DNA of 64,000 bases from positions 15,144 to 79,143 of IMG/VR virus record IMGVR_UViG_3300007639_000002. One strand, 5' to 3'. The notes under the pieces were generated by a model. The model saw only the letters and a program-made list of their open reading frames with translations. It was not told where the DNA came from and did not search any database. The translations under genes were made by a program, and so were the position numbers. This DNA comes from a virus. This document shows positions 47,248 through 56,692 of this stretch, in pieces (position 1 is the stretch's first letter; every line of letters begins with the position of its first letter).

Positions 47248-47867
47248 GGTGGTGTCTCCTGTTTTACGGGGGTTACTGCTGACGGCTTAATAACTACTGA
47301 AGAGTTATATCCTTTAATGAATCCAATAAACTCAGTAAGTGTATTTACCCTGTTGAGACTATCTTCCGTTTGGTTCCACGGGCGGTTTAAAAGACAAGGG
47401 ATGATACTGGATGACTTGGCTTCTTTGTAGTATTGCACGTGGTCATCAATCATTACTGCTTTGCCCTTGGCAATGTTAAATAAGAATTTCTTAGAAGGGT
47501 GAAAGTGCAGGCTGTCAGCATACAATTTATGAGCGAATAACCATTCAGCGGTTTGTGCCCATGCCGACTGAGGGCGAGCGGTCATTACGTGGATACCTAA
47601 ACCCATGTCCTTCATCTGTTGCCAAGCCTCTATTACCTCTTTGTCAGGGGCATAGGTAGAAAACACTTTGTGGGTAGTAGCAGCCTCGGAAATCCACTCT
47701 TGAAAGGTGTCGTGGTTAATGCCCCAGTCCTCATAGAAGTTCCACTTTGTGGCATCAGGAAGGTAACTGACGTTGAGGCGTTCTTTGCAATAGATTTTAA
47801 AGGCATCAATGAAGGGGTAAATAACACCATCTAGGTCAATACCTACGTCTGTAATTAAATCGTTCAT
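47151..47867 (-). CDS. HAD 5'(3')-deoxyribonucleotidase-like protein
   Basis: IDLDGV, MTAR, IDD, RPWN. Confidence 0.75.
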   Translation of the reverse strand: MNDLITDVGIDLDGVIYPFIDAFKIYCKERLNVSYLPDATKWNFYEDWGINHDTFQEWISEAATTHKVFSTYAPDKEVIEAWQQMKDMGLGIHVMTARPQSAWAQTAEWLFAHKLYADSLHFHPSKKFLFNIAKGKAVMIDDHVQYYKEAKSSSIIPCLLNRPWNQTEDSLNRVNTLTEFIGFIKGYNSSVVIKPSAVTPVKQETPPWIYPDKKKNKDLIFRNQNYPQEPNFFMRQPD

Positions 47868-47880
47868 TTAAGGAACCCTA

Positions 47881-49317
47881 TCATGTTTCTTCTGAGAGGT
47901 CAATGATCTCCGCATACATAGCGTTGGTAGCATCAGGACCCATTCCACCGCCGGGAAGCATTCGTGCCTGTTCTCCTGCCTTGTTGCCAAAGAGTCGGGA
48001 GAGTACTCCCGAACTACCACGTGCCTCTACCTCAAAACGAACGGTGTCACGGGTATCGGAAATGTTCTTGAACTTGTCTACAAGGTTAAACAGTCTGTCC
48101 ATCTCTTGTGACAGGGCGGGGTCAAGACCTTGCCCCTCTAGTTCTTCAGCGAACCTAGCGAACATCACACGACCTACTTGCATCTCCATAATGGCTCGCA
48201 TCGCAGCCTGAAGTTGGTCTTTTGTGCGGATCTCAATGGGCAAAGAAAACGCACACTCAGAATGTTCCTTAAAACTGGGGCAACGTGAGGAGAGATAGCA
48301 ACTATCACACTGCCTTAAAGGGTTCGCATTGTACTTAATTACAGGGGTAGATTCAGGGGCAATTTCAATAGATTCCCCTTCATTATCATAGGTTTGGCTA
48401 CCTATAGACACCACGTTTTCAATGCCCATAACTGGTAGCAATAGACGTTCACTCTCGTGCCGCTTCTCAGGGGCATTGATAGCAATAGATGACCCCCTCT
48501 GTGCCACGTTTGGCAAAGTAGGGTTAGGGGGGGAGATAGCAACTATGTCCCCTGTTTTAGGGTCAATAAACTCATGCTCATCATCATCACTTACAGGGTC
48601 ATAGCCCCCAAAAGTTCGGGTCTCCCACTGCTTCCAAGACTCAACTGCTAACGCACCAACTACGGCAACTTCATCCTCAATCACGGCATCGTAGTCAATA
48701 CCCAAGCGCATGATGTCGGCACGGTGCTTACGACGAGCAGAGTCTTTTTGCTGTGCAGGATATCTTCTTAGTCCGTGCCCATCCCACACCTGTGTCTCGC
48801 CATAACGCAATACACTCGTCCACGAGACCACGACTACAGACTCCCAAGGGATGCCCTCAATGAGGTCAGGCTTGGATGTAATACCGATGAGTTTGGTTCC
48901 CCAACGCTCAGACAACTGGCGAATACGAGACTGGTTCTTGTTGTTAATTGCCTTGTCACTAATGGCTACTCTGCCATTCTTTTGGCACAGCCAAGCAAGG
49001 CGCTCTACGTCATTCTCATCATTCCAAATGGGTACATATTTCTCACCCAACCAAGCGCCGTCATAAGTGGGGTGCCCAATAATGATGTCTAACTGGTCGG
49101 CGTTGTCACGAATAAAACTATCGTAACGTGCCAAGTCCTCGTCACCCTCTGAGATGTATACAAGGATTTCCCCACCATTGAACATGGTTGGAAGGTCTAG
49201 TTCTTTCTTCTTTGGTATGGGCAAATGGGTGAGGTTCATAGCAAACCTCTTGACATCCAAGTCCTTTAGGATATTACGGTATGTCCCCTTTTCAGCCCCA
49301 CCAAAGTAAACCTTCAC
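47881..49317 (-). CDS. Hypothetical protein with a C-terminal Cys cluster
   Basis: 478 aa; CDSCYL..RCP...EC. Confidence 0.65.
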   Translation of the reverse strand: MKVYFGGAEKGTYRNILKDLDVKRFAMNLTHLPIPKKKELDLPTMFNGGEILVYISEGDEDLARYDSFIRDNADQLDIIIGHPTYDGAWLGEKYVPIWNDENDVERLAWLCQKNGRVAISDKAINNKNQSRIRQLSERWGTKLIGITSKPDLIEGIPWESVVVVSWTSVLRYGETQVWDGHGLRRYPAQQKDSARRKHRADIMRLGIDYDAVIEDEVAVVGALAVESWKQWETRTFGGYDPVSDDDEHEFIDPKTGDIVAISPPNPTLPNVAQRGSSIAINAPEKRHESERLLLPVMGIENVVSIGSQTYDNEGESIEIAPESTPVIKYNANPLRQCDSCYLSSRCPSFKEHSECAFSLPIEIRTKDQLQAAMRAIMEMQVGRVMFARFAEELEGQGLDPALSQEMDRLFNLVDKFKNISDTRDTVRFEVEARGSSGVLSRLFGNKAGEQARMLPGGGMGPDATNAMYAEIIDLSEET

Positions 49318-49556
49318 TCCCAGCCACTCCTACGCCACGACGACGGGCTGTGGTTCTGTTCTACAAGCAGGCGTTCAAGGTCATCGGCGTACAGGCGCAC
49401 CATGCTAAAGCAGGGCATCTCGCCGTTCTCTTCTGTCCACTCGTCTTCTTCTTCAGTGGTAGGAAATCCGTCATGCTCCACACATAGTGGTGGTCCACAG
49501 AACGACTTCTCCAAACCTAACTTGTACCATTCCACAAATGTCATTTCTTCAGACAT
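49314..49556 (-). CDS. Hypothetical protein
   Basis: 80 aa, coupled to neighbours. Confidence 0.55.
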   Translation of the reverse strand: MSEEMTFVEWYKLGLEKSFCGPPLCVEHDGFPTTEEEDEWTEENGEMPCFSMVRLYADDLERLLVEQNHSPSSWRRSGWE

Positions 49557-50037
49557 CTCCCCAGTCCCTTTCGTTTCTTGCTAATTGCTGAGTTTCTATT
49601 TCTTCTACCAGCATGTCCCATGCCTTCATGGGTTTGCCTTCTACCCACTCGGGTCTTACTACGTGCGGCACCGTCGCCAACAACGTTGGGATGCCGTACC
49701 GTGCCACTCTAGCAATAGTCTCGGGGTCCGTGTCAATGAACCAGTGAGGGTTTCCATACACAGAACTAAGAGATATGACTCTATCCATCTTAACTTCTGC
49801 GCCCTTAGCCTCAACCATGTCTACTGAACTGGCTTTGAATCCTTCTTTCTTTAGCCATTCAAGAAGTATCTGTTGCCCCTGTAACCCTTCCTTTTTAATG
49901 CCGTCGGCAATAACAATAAACCTGCCGTGGTAAAAAGGAAACAGAGCGTTCCATAGTCGCCGTGTCTCAGGACGTGGTTGCCGTGCCCCTAAGTTCTCTG
50001 ACGGCAGTGAAAGCGCATCATGGGTTATGAAGATCAC
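49549..50037 (-). CDS. Hypothetical protein (degenerate HAD-like)
   Basis: 162 aa. Confidence 0.5.
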   Translation of the reverse strand: MIFITHDALSLPSENLGARQPRPETRRLWNALFPFYHGRFIVIADGIKKEGLQGQQILLEWLKKEGFKASSVDMVEAKGAEVKMDRVISLSSVYGNPHWFIDTDPETIARVARYGIPTLLATVPHVVRPEWVEGKPMKAWDMLVEEIETQQLARNERDWGDV

Positions 50038-50498
50038 TTGCCGTACATACCCATTTGTTTACGTTCAACGTGGGCTACGTGCGCTCCCACTGGGCAGTAC
50101 ATGCAAAGATACTGACGGTGCTCTGTTGGAACACCCGTCTTTCTACCAATAGTTTTACTTTCATCACACCAGTCGGGGCATCCATCGGATGGACGGTTGT
50201 GGCGGTTAAAGCAACGTAGAGCGTCTACCTTGAGGTCATCACGGAAGTCTTTGATGTACACGTCGTGGTCTGCCATCTTGTTCTTGAGGGCAGTCTCTAC
50301 GTCAAGTTTTGAGGCAGTATCAGGATCGGTGCGAAAGATCATTGCCCGACAGTTGTCAGGGTCACCTATTTGGGCATTGTGGCGGTCACAGAGTTCACGT
50401 AACTCCATGTCGTACTCAGGTGGTCCATCGTATGGACGCATTTTCCACATGACGTTGTGGGTTTTACAGACAAGCAGGCGGTCATAACCTTCAGGCAT
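50034..50498 (-). CDS. Cys-rich hypothetical protein
   Basis: SD AGGAG; several Cys/His motifs. Confidence 0.6.
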   Translation of the reverse strand: MPEGYDRLLVCKTHNVMWKMRPYDGPPEYDMELRELCDRHNAQIGDPDNCRAMIFRTDPDTASKLDVETALKNKMADHDVYIKDFRDDLKVDALRCFNRHNRPSDGCPDWCDESKTIGRKTGVPTEHRQYLCMYCPVGAHVAHVERKQMGMYGK

Positions 50499-50559
50499 AT
50501 TGTGCTCCTATTAGTGGCTTAGGCGTACAGCCTAGCAAATAACTAAGAGGGTTGTCTAA

Positions 50560-50907
50560 TCACGAATCAAGATGTTGGTAAAAACCATTGGGGCGACCAG
50601 ATGTGTAGGGCCTATCAGGTGCATACGGTGATCCTGATTTTTCCATCTTAATTGCTTCACCAATGTATTTTGCTGTTTTTGCCACTGTGTCGGGTGTTGA
50701 ACCATGATCACGGTTATAACGGTAGTTATCCAAACCGGCTTGAACCTCATCAACACTTGGTCCTTGTGTTGTTCTGTACAAGTGAGGGGCTGTATCCCAC
50801 GTAGAAACTTGAGTGTCATAACCTAAACGCTTTGCTACAGCCTGTGCAACACGTGGAGTTGGACGGTGGTTGCTACCAACTGGGTTCATACGGTGGTCGT
50901 GAGCCAT
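50560..50907 (-). CDS. Hypothetical protein, MAHDHRMNPVG family
   Basis: N-terminus shared with 52739-53089. Confidence 0.65.
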   Translation of the reverse strand: MAHDHRMNPVGSNHRPTPRVAQAVAKRLGYDTQVSTWDTAPHLYRTTQGPSVDEVQAGLDNYRYNRDHGSTPDTVAKTAKYIGEAIKMEKSGSPYAPDRPYTSGRPNGFYQHLDS

Positions 50908-50916
50908 GATTATTCC

Positions 50917-51111
50917 TTACAGGTGTGATTCGGGCATTTCAGGCAACGGTGTTGTCTGAATGTTGTACTGGATATTAAGTTCGGACTGACGAATTGCAGC
51001 GGAAGTTGGGTCAACCACGCCACCACGGTCAGGGGTAAGAGACTTAAACTTGCCGTCTACTGCACCCTTGCGAAGGTCTGAATTCATTGAGCGGGAGTCA
51101 TTAACTGCCAT
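50917..51111 (-). CDS. Hypothetical protein
   Basis: 64 aa. Confidence 0.5.
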   Translation of the reverse strand: MAVNDSRSMNSDLRKGAVDGKFKSLTPDRGGVVDPTSAAIRQSELNIQYNIQTTPLPEMPESHL

Positions 51112-51263
51112 AATATAATCCTATCATTATTTCTTGAGTGGTACCCATTTGCCGTCTACTTCTCTATGGAGTTTTGCGTTGCCGTCGGCATCTTTCATCA
51201 TCTTTACGTTTGGAATAACGGCATCAGATTGGGTCGGAGCAGGTGTTGAATTAGCCTGCCCCG

Positions 51264-52427
51264 TTACGCTTTTGGGTCTTTTTTAGGTGCAGCCTTTGCT
51301 TTAGGTGCAGCCGCTTTTTTAGCAGCAGGTTCTTTTTTAGCAGCAGGTTTACGATTTGAAGCCTCTTCAGCAAGGTCCCGATTAGTATTTTTAGATGTTT
51401 CTGACTCTTTAGAAGGGTCGGCACCGGCAGGTGTTGGGGCTGAAGCCTCAGTAGCAAGATCACGCTTGGTATTTTTAGCAGTGTCTGACTCTTGTGCTGG
51501 TGCGTCTTTCTTTTGAGCAGGTGTCCTAGGTGCAGCCGCTTTCTTCGTAGGTGCTGTTGCAGGTGCAGAGGCTGGAGTACTTGCAGCAGGTGCAGCGGCT
51601 GGTGCAGCCTTGCCACTAGAACGTTGCCCCGCTGCTTTCTTAGCAGGTGCAGCCGCTTTCTTAGCGGGCGCTTTAGTTGCAGGTGTGTTACCAGCAGGTG
51701 GTGGGGGTACTGCATTTGGAGCCGACCCCGGTGCTGGAGGTGCAAACTGTTGAGGAGCACTAGGGTTGTTTGTAGTGTTTGTAGTGTTGTTAGTGGTATT
51801 GGTATCACCGCTAGTGGTATTGGTGTTGCCACTAGAGGTAAGGGTATTGCCCTGACCCTTTTGAACGTTGTAGTTGTTACCTGAGTTTACGTTGGTGGCA
51901 CCGGCACTAGGCGGAGTAGCCCTACCCTTGCCCGCAGGAGCACCTTGGCTAACGGCGGTTGTTCCTGAACCTGAAACCCTGACTTGTGATGAGTTTCCAC
52001 CGGATACTGAACCGGTATTGCTCATGTTGCCAAAGGAGTCGTTACCAAAATCAATATTAACGGAACTCTGATTAACACCACTATCACTGCGCTTCATGTT
52101 ACGTGAAGATGACGGAGCGGTAGCCGACTGACCTCCGCTGTTTCCTCGCATGGTACGCCATGCCTGAGAGAATGAACCGCCACCGTTTGCGGGCTGTTGC
52201 TGTTGAGCAGGCGCTTGGTAATGCGTCTGCTGTGGAATGCCATAGTTGCGTTTAGCACCCGACAATGGGGAGTTGGGCTGTTGCTGGCGTGGTGCCTGTG
52301 GAGGTGGGAATGCACCAGTAGGTGCTTGAGTACCTAGTCCTTGTTGGAACCCAAACTGACGCTGTTGCGCTTTTTTCTGCTGTGCACTGTTGTCATTGAA
52401 CGATTGACGATAGTCATCTACTGCCAT
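51264..52427 (-). CDS. Disordered low-complexity protein with PAKKAA repeats
   Basis: Q/P-rich, N/T-rich and histone H1-like K/A/P segments. Confidence 0.7.
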   Translation of the reverse strand: MAVDDYRQSFNDNSAQQKKAQQRQFGFQQGLGTQAPTGAFPPPQAPRQQQPNSPLSGAKRNYGIPQQTHYQAPAQQQQPANGGGSFSQAWRTMRGNSGGQSATAPSSSRNMKRSDSGVNQSSVNIDFGNDSFGNMSNTGSVSGGNSSQVRVSGSGTTAVSQGAPAGKGRATPPSAGATNVNSGNNYNVQKGQGNTLTSSGNTNTTSGDTNTTNNTTNTTNNPSAPQQFAPPAPGSAPNAVPPPPAGNTPATKAPAKKAAAPAKKAAGQRSSGKAAPAAAPAASTPASAPATAPTKKAAAPRTPAQKKDAPAQESDTAKNTKRDLATEASAPTPAGADPSKESETSKNTNRDLAEEASNRKPAAKKEPAAKKAAAPKAKAAPKKDPKA

Positions 52428-52735
52428 TATTGACCTAATCCTTGCATTGAGTAGCGGCTGGTTCCGGAGAAGTTGTCTGCCATAAATCCGTTACGGAACA
52501 TGACAGGCGCTCCTGAAATCCATGAGCGACGGTTAACTGAAAAACGATCTGTGTTAAGAATATCCATAATACTTGGTTCTTGTTTAAGGAACCCCCGTGC
52601 CTCGGGCTGTAACTCCTGTGGGACTACAGGACGAATTTGCCTAATAGTCTCAGGGTCAGAGATAGCCGCCATTAACGCTTGGTCAACAAGTACCTCTTGA
52701 CGAGACTGATTGGGCTTATAGGGAACTTGAGGCAT
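52427..52735 (-). CDS. Hypothetical protein
   Basis: 102 aa. Confidence 0.55.
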   Translation of the reverse strand: MPQVPYKPNQSRQEVLVDQALMAAISDPETIRQIRPVVPQELQPEARGFLKQEPSIMDILNTDRFSVNRRSWISGAPVMFRNGFMADNFSGTSRYSMQGLGQ

Positions 52736-52738
52736 TAA

Positions 52739-53089
52739 TTACTTTACTTTTACTGTGGGTGGGTATTCGTAAGGAGAACTTTTGCCTGAACGAGCGTCTA
52801 CGGCTTGTCTAATAGCCTGAGGAATATAATCAATACGGCTTCCAATATTATCGTCATCTGGATGACCGTGTACATTTGGGTCATAATTTGAACCTGCTAC
52901 TGATGCTGCATGAGGGTAATCAAGGCCGTAATATGCGTCGTCTAAATAATCGTTCCCAGCACGGTGTTCATCAATAACATCATGTGCGGTGTCTGAATCA
53001 ATTTTATAAAAACGTTGGAGTGCCTGTGCAATACGAGGTGTTGGGCGGTGGTTACTGCCAACTGGGTTCATACGGTGGTCGTGAGCCAT
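52739..53089 (-). CDS. Hypothetical protein, MAHDHRMNPVG family
   Basis: N-terminus shared with 50560-50907. Confidence 0.65.
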   Translation of the reverse strand: MAHDHRMNPVGSNHRPTPRIAQALQRFYKIDSDTAHDVIDEHRAGNDYLDDAYYGLDYPHAASVAGSNYDPNVHGHPDDDNIGSRIDYIPQAIRQAVDARSGKSSPYEYPPTVKVK

Positions 53090-53091
53090 GA

Positions 53092-53379
53092 TTAATTTCC
53101 TCCAAACATATCGGTTACGGCATCAAGTTGTGCATCTCGCATCGCACGACTCTGAAGTTGTTCGTATTCAGTAGGTTCCCATTCAGGGGTACGGCTGAGT
53201 GTCATACTACGTGGACCTACAGCCTCATCGTATGGCTCGTCTTCGCCCGCACCATAAGTAACAGGATATTCCTGTTCATAGTTTGTTGGGTTAGTTAGTG
53301 CGTCCAACAAAGACGGGCGACGGTTAACGTGATGTTCACGGCGCTCTCCTCGTTGTGATGGGTTAACGTTGTATGCCAT
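53092..53379 (-). CDS. Hypothetical protein
   Basis: SD GGAGG. Confidence 0.6.
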   Translation of the reverse strand: MAYNVNPSQRGERREHHVNRRPSLLDALTNPTNYEQEYPVTYGAGEDEPYDEAVGPRSMTLSRTPEWEPTEYEQLQSRAMRDAQLDAVTDMFGGN

Positions 53380-53382
53380 TAT

Positions 53383-53877
53383 TTACCTCCAAGAAGGTTT
53401 CAGCGTTTGAAAATAAGAACGACGAGCAGGGTCTATTGATTTTGCCTGCCTGTCGTCAAGTGTGGGAAACCCACGTGGTCCAACTTTTCCATCATTTGTA
53501 AGACGTACAGGTTCAGCCCCCGGAGGAGCAAACTTCTTTCCTTGTGATTCTAAAACAAGTCCAGTCATGGGATTGAACTCATCAGGCCAAAGATAATCAC
53601 TGGAGTTGATGCGCTCGCCCTTATGGACACCACGGCTATACTGCCGTGCATTCATTCTACTTAAAGATCCAAGTATTTTATCGTTACGTCGGTTAGCCGA
53701 CATAGTGCCAAGGTATCCGTCTGGATACTGTGTATCAGGTTGTGAACGGGAGCCTGAAAGTAATTCATCTTTAGATGAACGCCATACAGGAGAAGGACCG
53801 TAGGGAAGTGACGTGCCAGCGCCGGGAGGCTCTGACGGGTTATTCCATGAGGTAAACGACTGCTGTGCCATTACCAA
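53383..53877 (-). CDS. Hypothetical protein
   Basis: 164 aa; YPDGYLG. Confidence 0.6.
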   Translation of the reverse strand: MVMAQQSFTSWNNPSEPPGAGTSLPYGPSPVWRSSKDELLSGSRSQPDTQYPDGYLGTMSANRRNDKILGSLSRMNARQYSRGVHKGERINSSDYLWPDEFNPMTGLVLESQGKKFAPPGAEPVRLTNDGKVGPRGFPTLDDRQAKSIDPARRSYFQTLKPSWR

Positions 53878-54003
53878 AGACCTACCGATGAGCCTTGACC
53901 CATGATGCCACCTTGACCGCCACCTACAGTCCCTATAGGACGAGGAGCGCCGTACCTAGTAGCACGTGAACGATACCTACTCGCCGTTGGACGGCGGGAA
54001 GGC

Positions 54004-54246
54004 TTACGATTCGGGGTCATTAAGTTCTTTTCCTTGGAACCTAGGGTGCTTAGTCATGTCATAAACATTGTCGTACTGAGACCCATCGCCTGTAGTGACC
54101 TTAGGGGTAGATGGAGGTTTGGCTCCAGCACCCCCTGTAGCCGTCTGAGGAGCACCCATAGTTGGATGCCATTGAGTAGGCACGTGCCCACCATGAGCAG
54201 TCTTAGGGTTCCCTACAGGGCGGTTACGGTGGTCAGTAGGTGACAT
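54004..54246 (-). CDS. Hypothetical protein
   Basis: N-terminal DHR.RPVG. Confidence 0.5.
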   Translation of the reverse strand: MSPTDHRNRPVGNPKTAHGGHVPTQWHPTMGAPQTATGGAGAKPPSTPKVTTGDGSQYDNVYDMTKHPRFQGKELNDPES

Positions 54247-54251
54247 TTAAA

Positions 54252-54878
54252 TTAACGAGTGCCGGGATACTTTGCAGATTTGTAACTATCTGAAGCACGT
54301 ACCTTTTCGGTAACGTCTGTGTAGTTATCAGTGTCAGCAGCAATCTGTGACCCACTTGGCCTGTCACCGTAAACGCCTGAAATATTACGGTCATTTTTGG
54401 TGTTGTTCATTTGACCAGTGGCAGTGGTGCCGTACTCATTAGTATGCTCTCCAGCGGTTTCAACAAAGTTACCGCTTCCCTTGTGCTGGTATACCTTTGA
54501 CTTGGCAGTGCCGTGGGCGTAGTCAGTAAGAGCCTGACGTGCTCCAACGCCAGTTCCTTGTTTGTCGCTCTGACCATTATTTTGATCCATTTGCAGTGAT
54601 GGGTTCATTTGCTGATTTTGGCTACCATCGGCTTGCCAGTTACCACCTTTTGCTTGACCTTTGCCACCCAAGGGCACTTGACCTTTTGGTTTCCCGCTCA
54701 TCCCATCAGATGTTGAACCATAAATTTCACCTACACGAGGACCTTCAAAGTTATCTGCGTGGGCAAGAGAGTGTGTTTCCTGCTCTTTAGCAGTTGCCTG
54801 ACGACCAGCGCCACGCTGTACGCCCGTGTGTGGGCTGTCACCCTCTGGGTAACCTTTGTGAAAAGATTTAATTGCCAT
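54252..54878 (-). CDS. Gly-rich hypothetical protein
   Basis: Start MAIKSF after SD GAGG. Confidence 0.6.
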   Translation of the reverse strand: MAIKSFHKGYPEGDSPHTGVQRGAGRQATAKEQETHSLAHADNFEGPRVGEIYGSTSDGMSGKPKGQVPLGGKGQAKGGNWQADGSQNQQMNPSLQMDQNNGQSDKQGTGVGARQALTDYAHGTAKSKVYQHKGSGNFVETAGEHTNEYGTTATGQMNNTKNDRNISGVYGDRPSGSQIAADTDNYTDVTEKVRASDSYKSAKYPGTR

Positions 54879-54885
54879 AATTACC

Positions 54886-55176
54886 TCACTTAATGATGGG
54901 CTTGAATGACATAGCGGAAATGGTTTCCCCATTTTCACCGGCAACATCATCAAAGCCAATGATGAACGATAGATCAATGCCACGTGGGGCTACAAAGCCT
55001 CGTGAGATTGCACATGCTTTAGCGGCTTGGTTTACTGCTGAAGCGCCAATAGCACGCATTTTAGGCAACTGACCTGAGTTAATTGCACGAGCCATGATAG
55101 AACCAACAGATTGAGGGTTACTAGAACCTGAGACTTTTAGAACGTCGTCAATGGTAGTAGTTAATTCTTGAGACAT
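54886..55176 (-). CDS. spoVS: Stage V sporulation protein S family
   Basis: LKVS.SSNP.SV, RAIGA.AVNQA.KA.AI.RGFVAP.GIDL. Confidence 0.9.
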   Translation of the reverse strand: MSQELTTTIDDVLKVSGSSNPQSVGSIMARAINSGQLPKMRAIGASAVNQAAKACAISRGFVAPRGIDLSFIIGFDDVAGENGETISAMSFKPIIK

Positions 55177-55213
55177 AAGGTACTCCTGTTTATATTTTGT
55201 GTACCCTAGTATT

Positions 55214-55576
55214 TTAAGTGTAGTCAGCCTCTATAAGCAGGTCTGACAGGTCACGCAACCGCATCACGACATATGTATCATCCAATGCTTTTTCTCCCTT
55301 ACCAGCCCGTTTGACAACCAACACAGGTAGCGCCCCATCAAGGCGTTCAGCCTGCTCCACGGTGTCATTCAACCACTGGCTTAATTGAAACTGCTTTTGG
55401 TTCTTGCACTGTACTGCTACCTTGCGAAGGGTAGAGCGACGAGCAATGCCGTTGACATCTCCCGTGTCCTTGCCACCTGACAAAGCAGGGCGATGAGCAT
55501 GGATGAACCCTTTAGAGATTAAATAGTCTCTAATAAGTACTTCAAAAGACGTACCCTTTTGTTTAGCCTTACTCAA
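55214..55576 (-). CDS. Holliday junction resolvase (Hjc-like PD-(D/E)XK)
   Basis: K.KG..FE, D.GDV, VQCKN. Confidence 0.75.
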   Translation of the reverse strand: MSKAKQKGTSFEVLIRDYLISKGFIHAHRPALSGGKDTGDVNGIARRSTLRKVAVQCKNQKQFQLSQWLNDTVEQAERLDGALPVLVVKRAGKGEKALDDTYVVMRLRDLSDLLIEADYT

Positions 55577-55778
55577 CTGTTGCCTCTTCGTAAGCGTCTT
55601 CTATCTCAATCCATACCTTATGGTCGCTGTACTCCTGATCTATGCTGAACATCTCCTTGTAAGCACGAACGGCTAAGTTACGCCACATGTCACGGTCATC
55701 AGTCATTTCCTTTAGAGACATGGCACGGTTTGAGGCACGCCCCTTCCAGAAGTCAGCAAGTTCAAGTTCTTCCGACAT
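55569..55778 (-). CDS. Hypothetical protein
   Basis: 69 aa, coupled to neighbours. Confidence 0.5.
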   Translation of the reverse strand: MSEELELADFWKGRASNRAMSLKEMTDDRDMWRNLAVRAYKEMFSIDQEYSDHKVWIEIEDAYEEATVE

Positions 55779-55904
55779 TAGTAACCTCTGTACTTTCTAA
55801 GTTCTTCCTTGAGTTGCTCAATTTCGGTTTCTAGTTTACGGCAATGCTTGGTCCAGAGTGCCACTAGTTCCTTTTGTGCCTTGGGTATTTCTTTGAGGGC
55901 AGGT

Positions 55905-56189
55905 TCATCCATTAATCTTAGATGCCCTTTCCTTGTTACTGCCTTGGTATTTCTTTGCAACACTGTGCAGGTAATGGCTTCCCCAATTCGTAATGGCATA
56001 ACCATCAGGGGTTTCAACAATAAACCCATGACCTTTTAAGGATATTACTATCCTGTTAATGACTTGAGCGTCACGAAAGACATGGCTATAAAACTTAGAG
56101 ATGTCCTGTTTTTTAACAGGCTTACGCTTCATTTGTAGGTACAAGAGGGTCAGGTGAGAAGGTCCGTGGTATTTAAGCCTTACGTTCAT
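55905..56189 (-). CDS. Winged-helix-like hypothetical protein
   Basis: L..HGFI....GY.IT..G. Confidence 0.45.
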   Translation of the reverse strand: MNVRLKYHGPSHLTLLYLQMKRKPVKKQDISKFYSHVFRDAQVINRIVISLKGHGFIVETPDGYAITNWGSHYLHSVAKKYQGSNKERASKING

Positions 56190-56692
56190 GCGCTGTACCG
56201 TGCTGCACGGCGCTCATTTGGTGCCATAGATATGCGACGGCTAAGTTCACGGCTCAACACTTGGGCATTACGCTCACAGCGTTCAAATACGGACTCCACC
56301 AACTTACGGTATGCCCGTGCCTCTAGGTGAGTCTCTTGTTGACCTACCACCTCAGGATCAATGTCACGGCGAGCCTTAGCCAAGGTAACGGTGTCTCCTT
56401 TTACTGAGTCACCCCACTGGCTGATGAGAACCTTTGCCTCTGTTAGACGACACGTGTTAGCGGCACGCTCTTCAATAATCTCTGCCTGCACAAGTTCTGA
56501 CTTGGCGTATGAACCCCATGACATGAACTGACCATACAACTCCATTAACTCAGGGTCGGGCAGTTCATCTAAGAACGATGGCAATTCAGGTAACTCATGA
56601 CCCGGCTTTTCAGGCAACGAGAACTTACTAAGGAAGTCCCCCATTATCGGACCAGACGGAGCCAGCGGATGGCGTACTACTGTTTTCATCAT
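56186..56692 (-). CDS. Helical protein, possibly a recombination mediator
   Basis: Coiled-coil ending LSRELSRR; sits in the recombination block. Confidence 0.45.
   Translation of the reverse strand: MMKTVVRHPLAPSGPIMGDFLSKFSLPEKPGHELPELPSFLDELPDPELMELYGQFMSWGSYAKSELVQAEIIEERAANTCRLTEAKVLISQWGDSVKGDTVTLAKARRDIDPEVVGQQETHLEARAYRKLVESVFERCERNAQVLSRELSRRISMAPNERRAARYSA

Noticed and set aside
47881-49317. Possible DpdA/TGT-like DNA modification enzyme
   Set aside because: Catalytic motifs were not recognisable by eye and no queuosine pathway genes are in the window; this needs HHpred.
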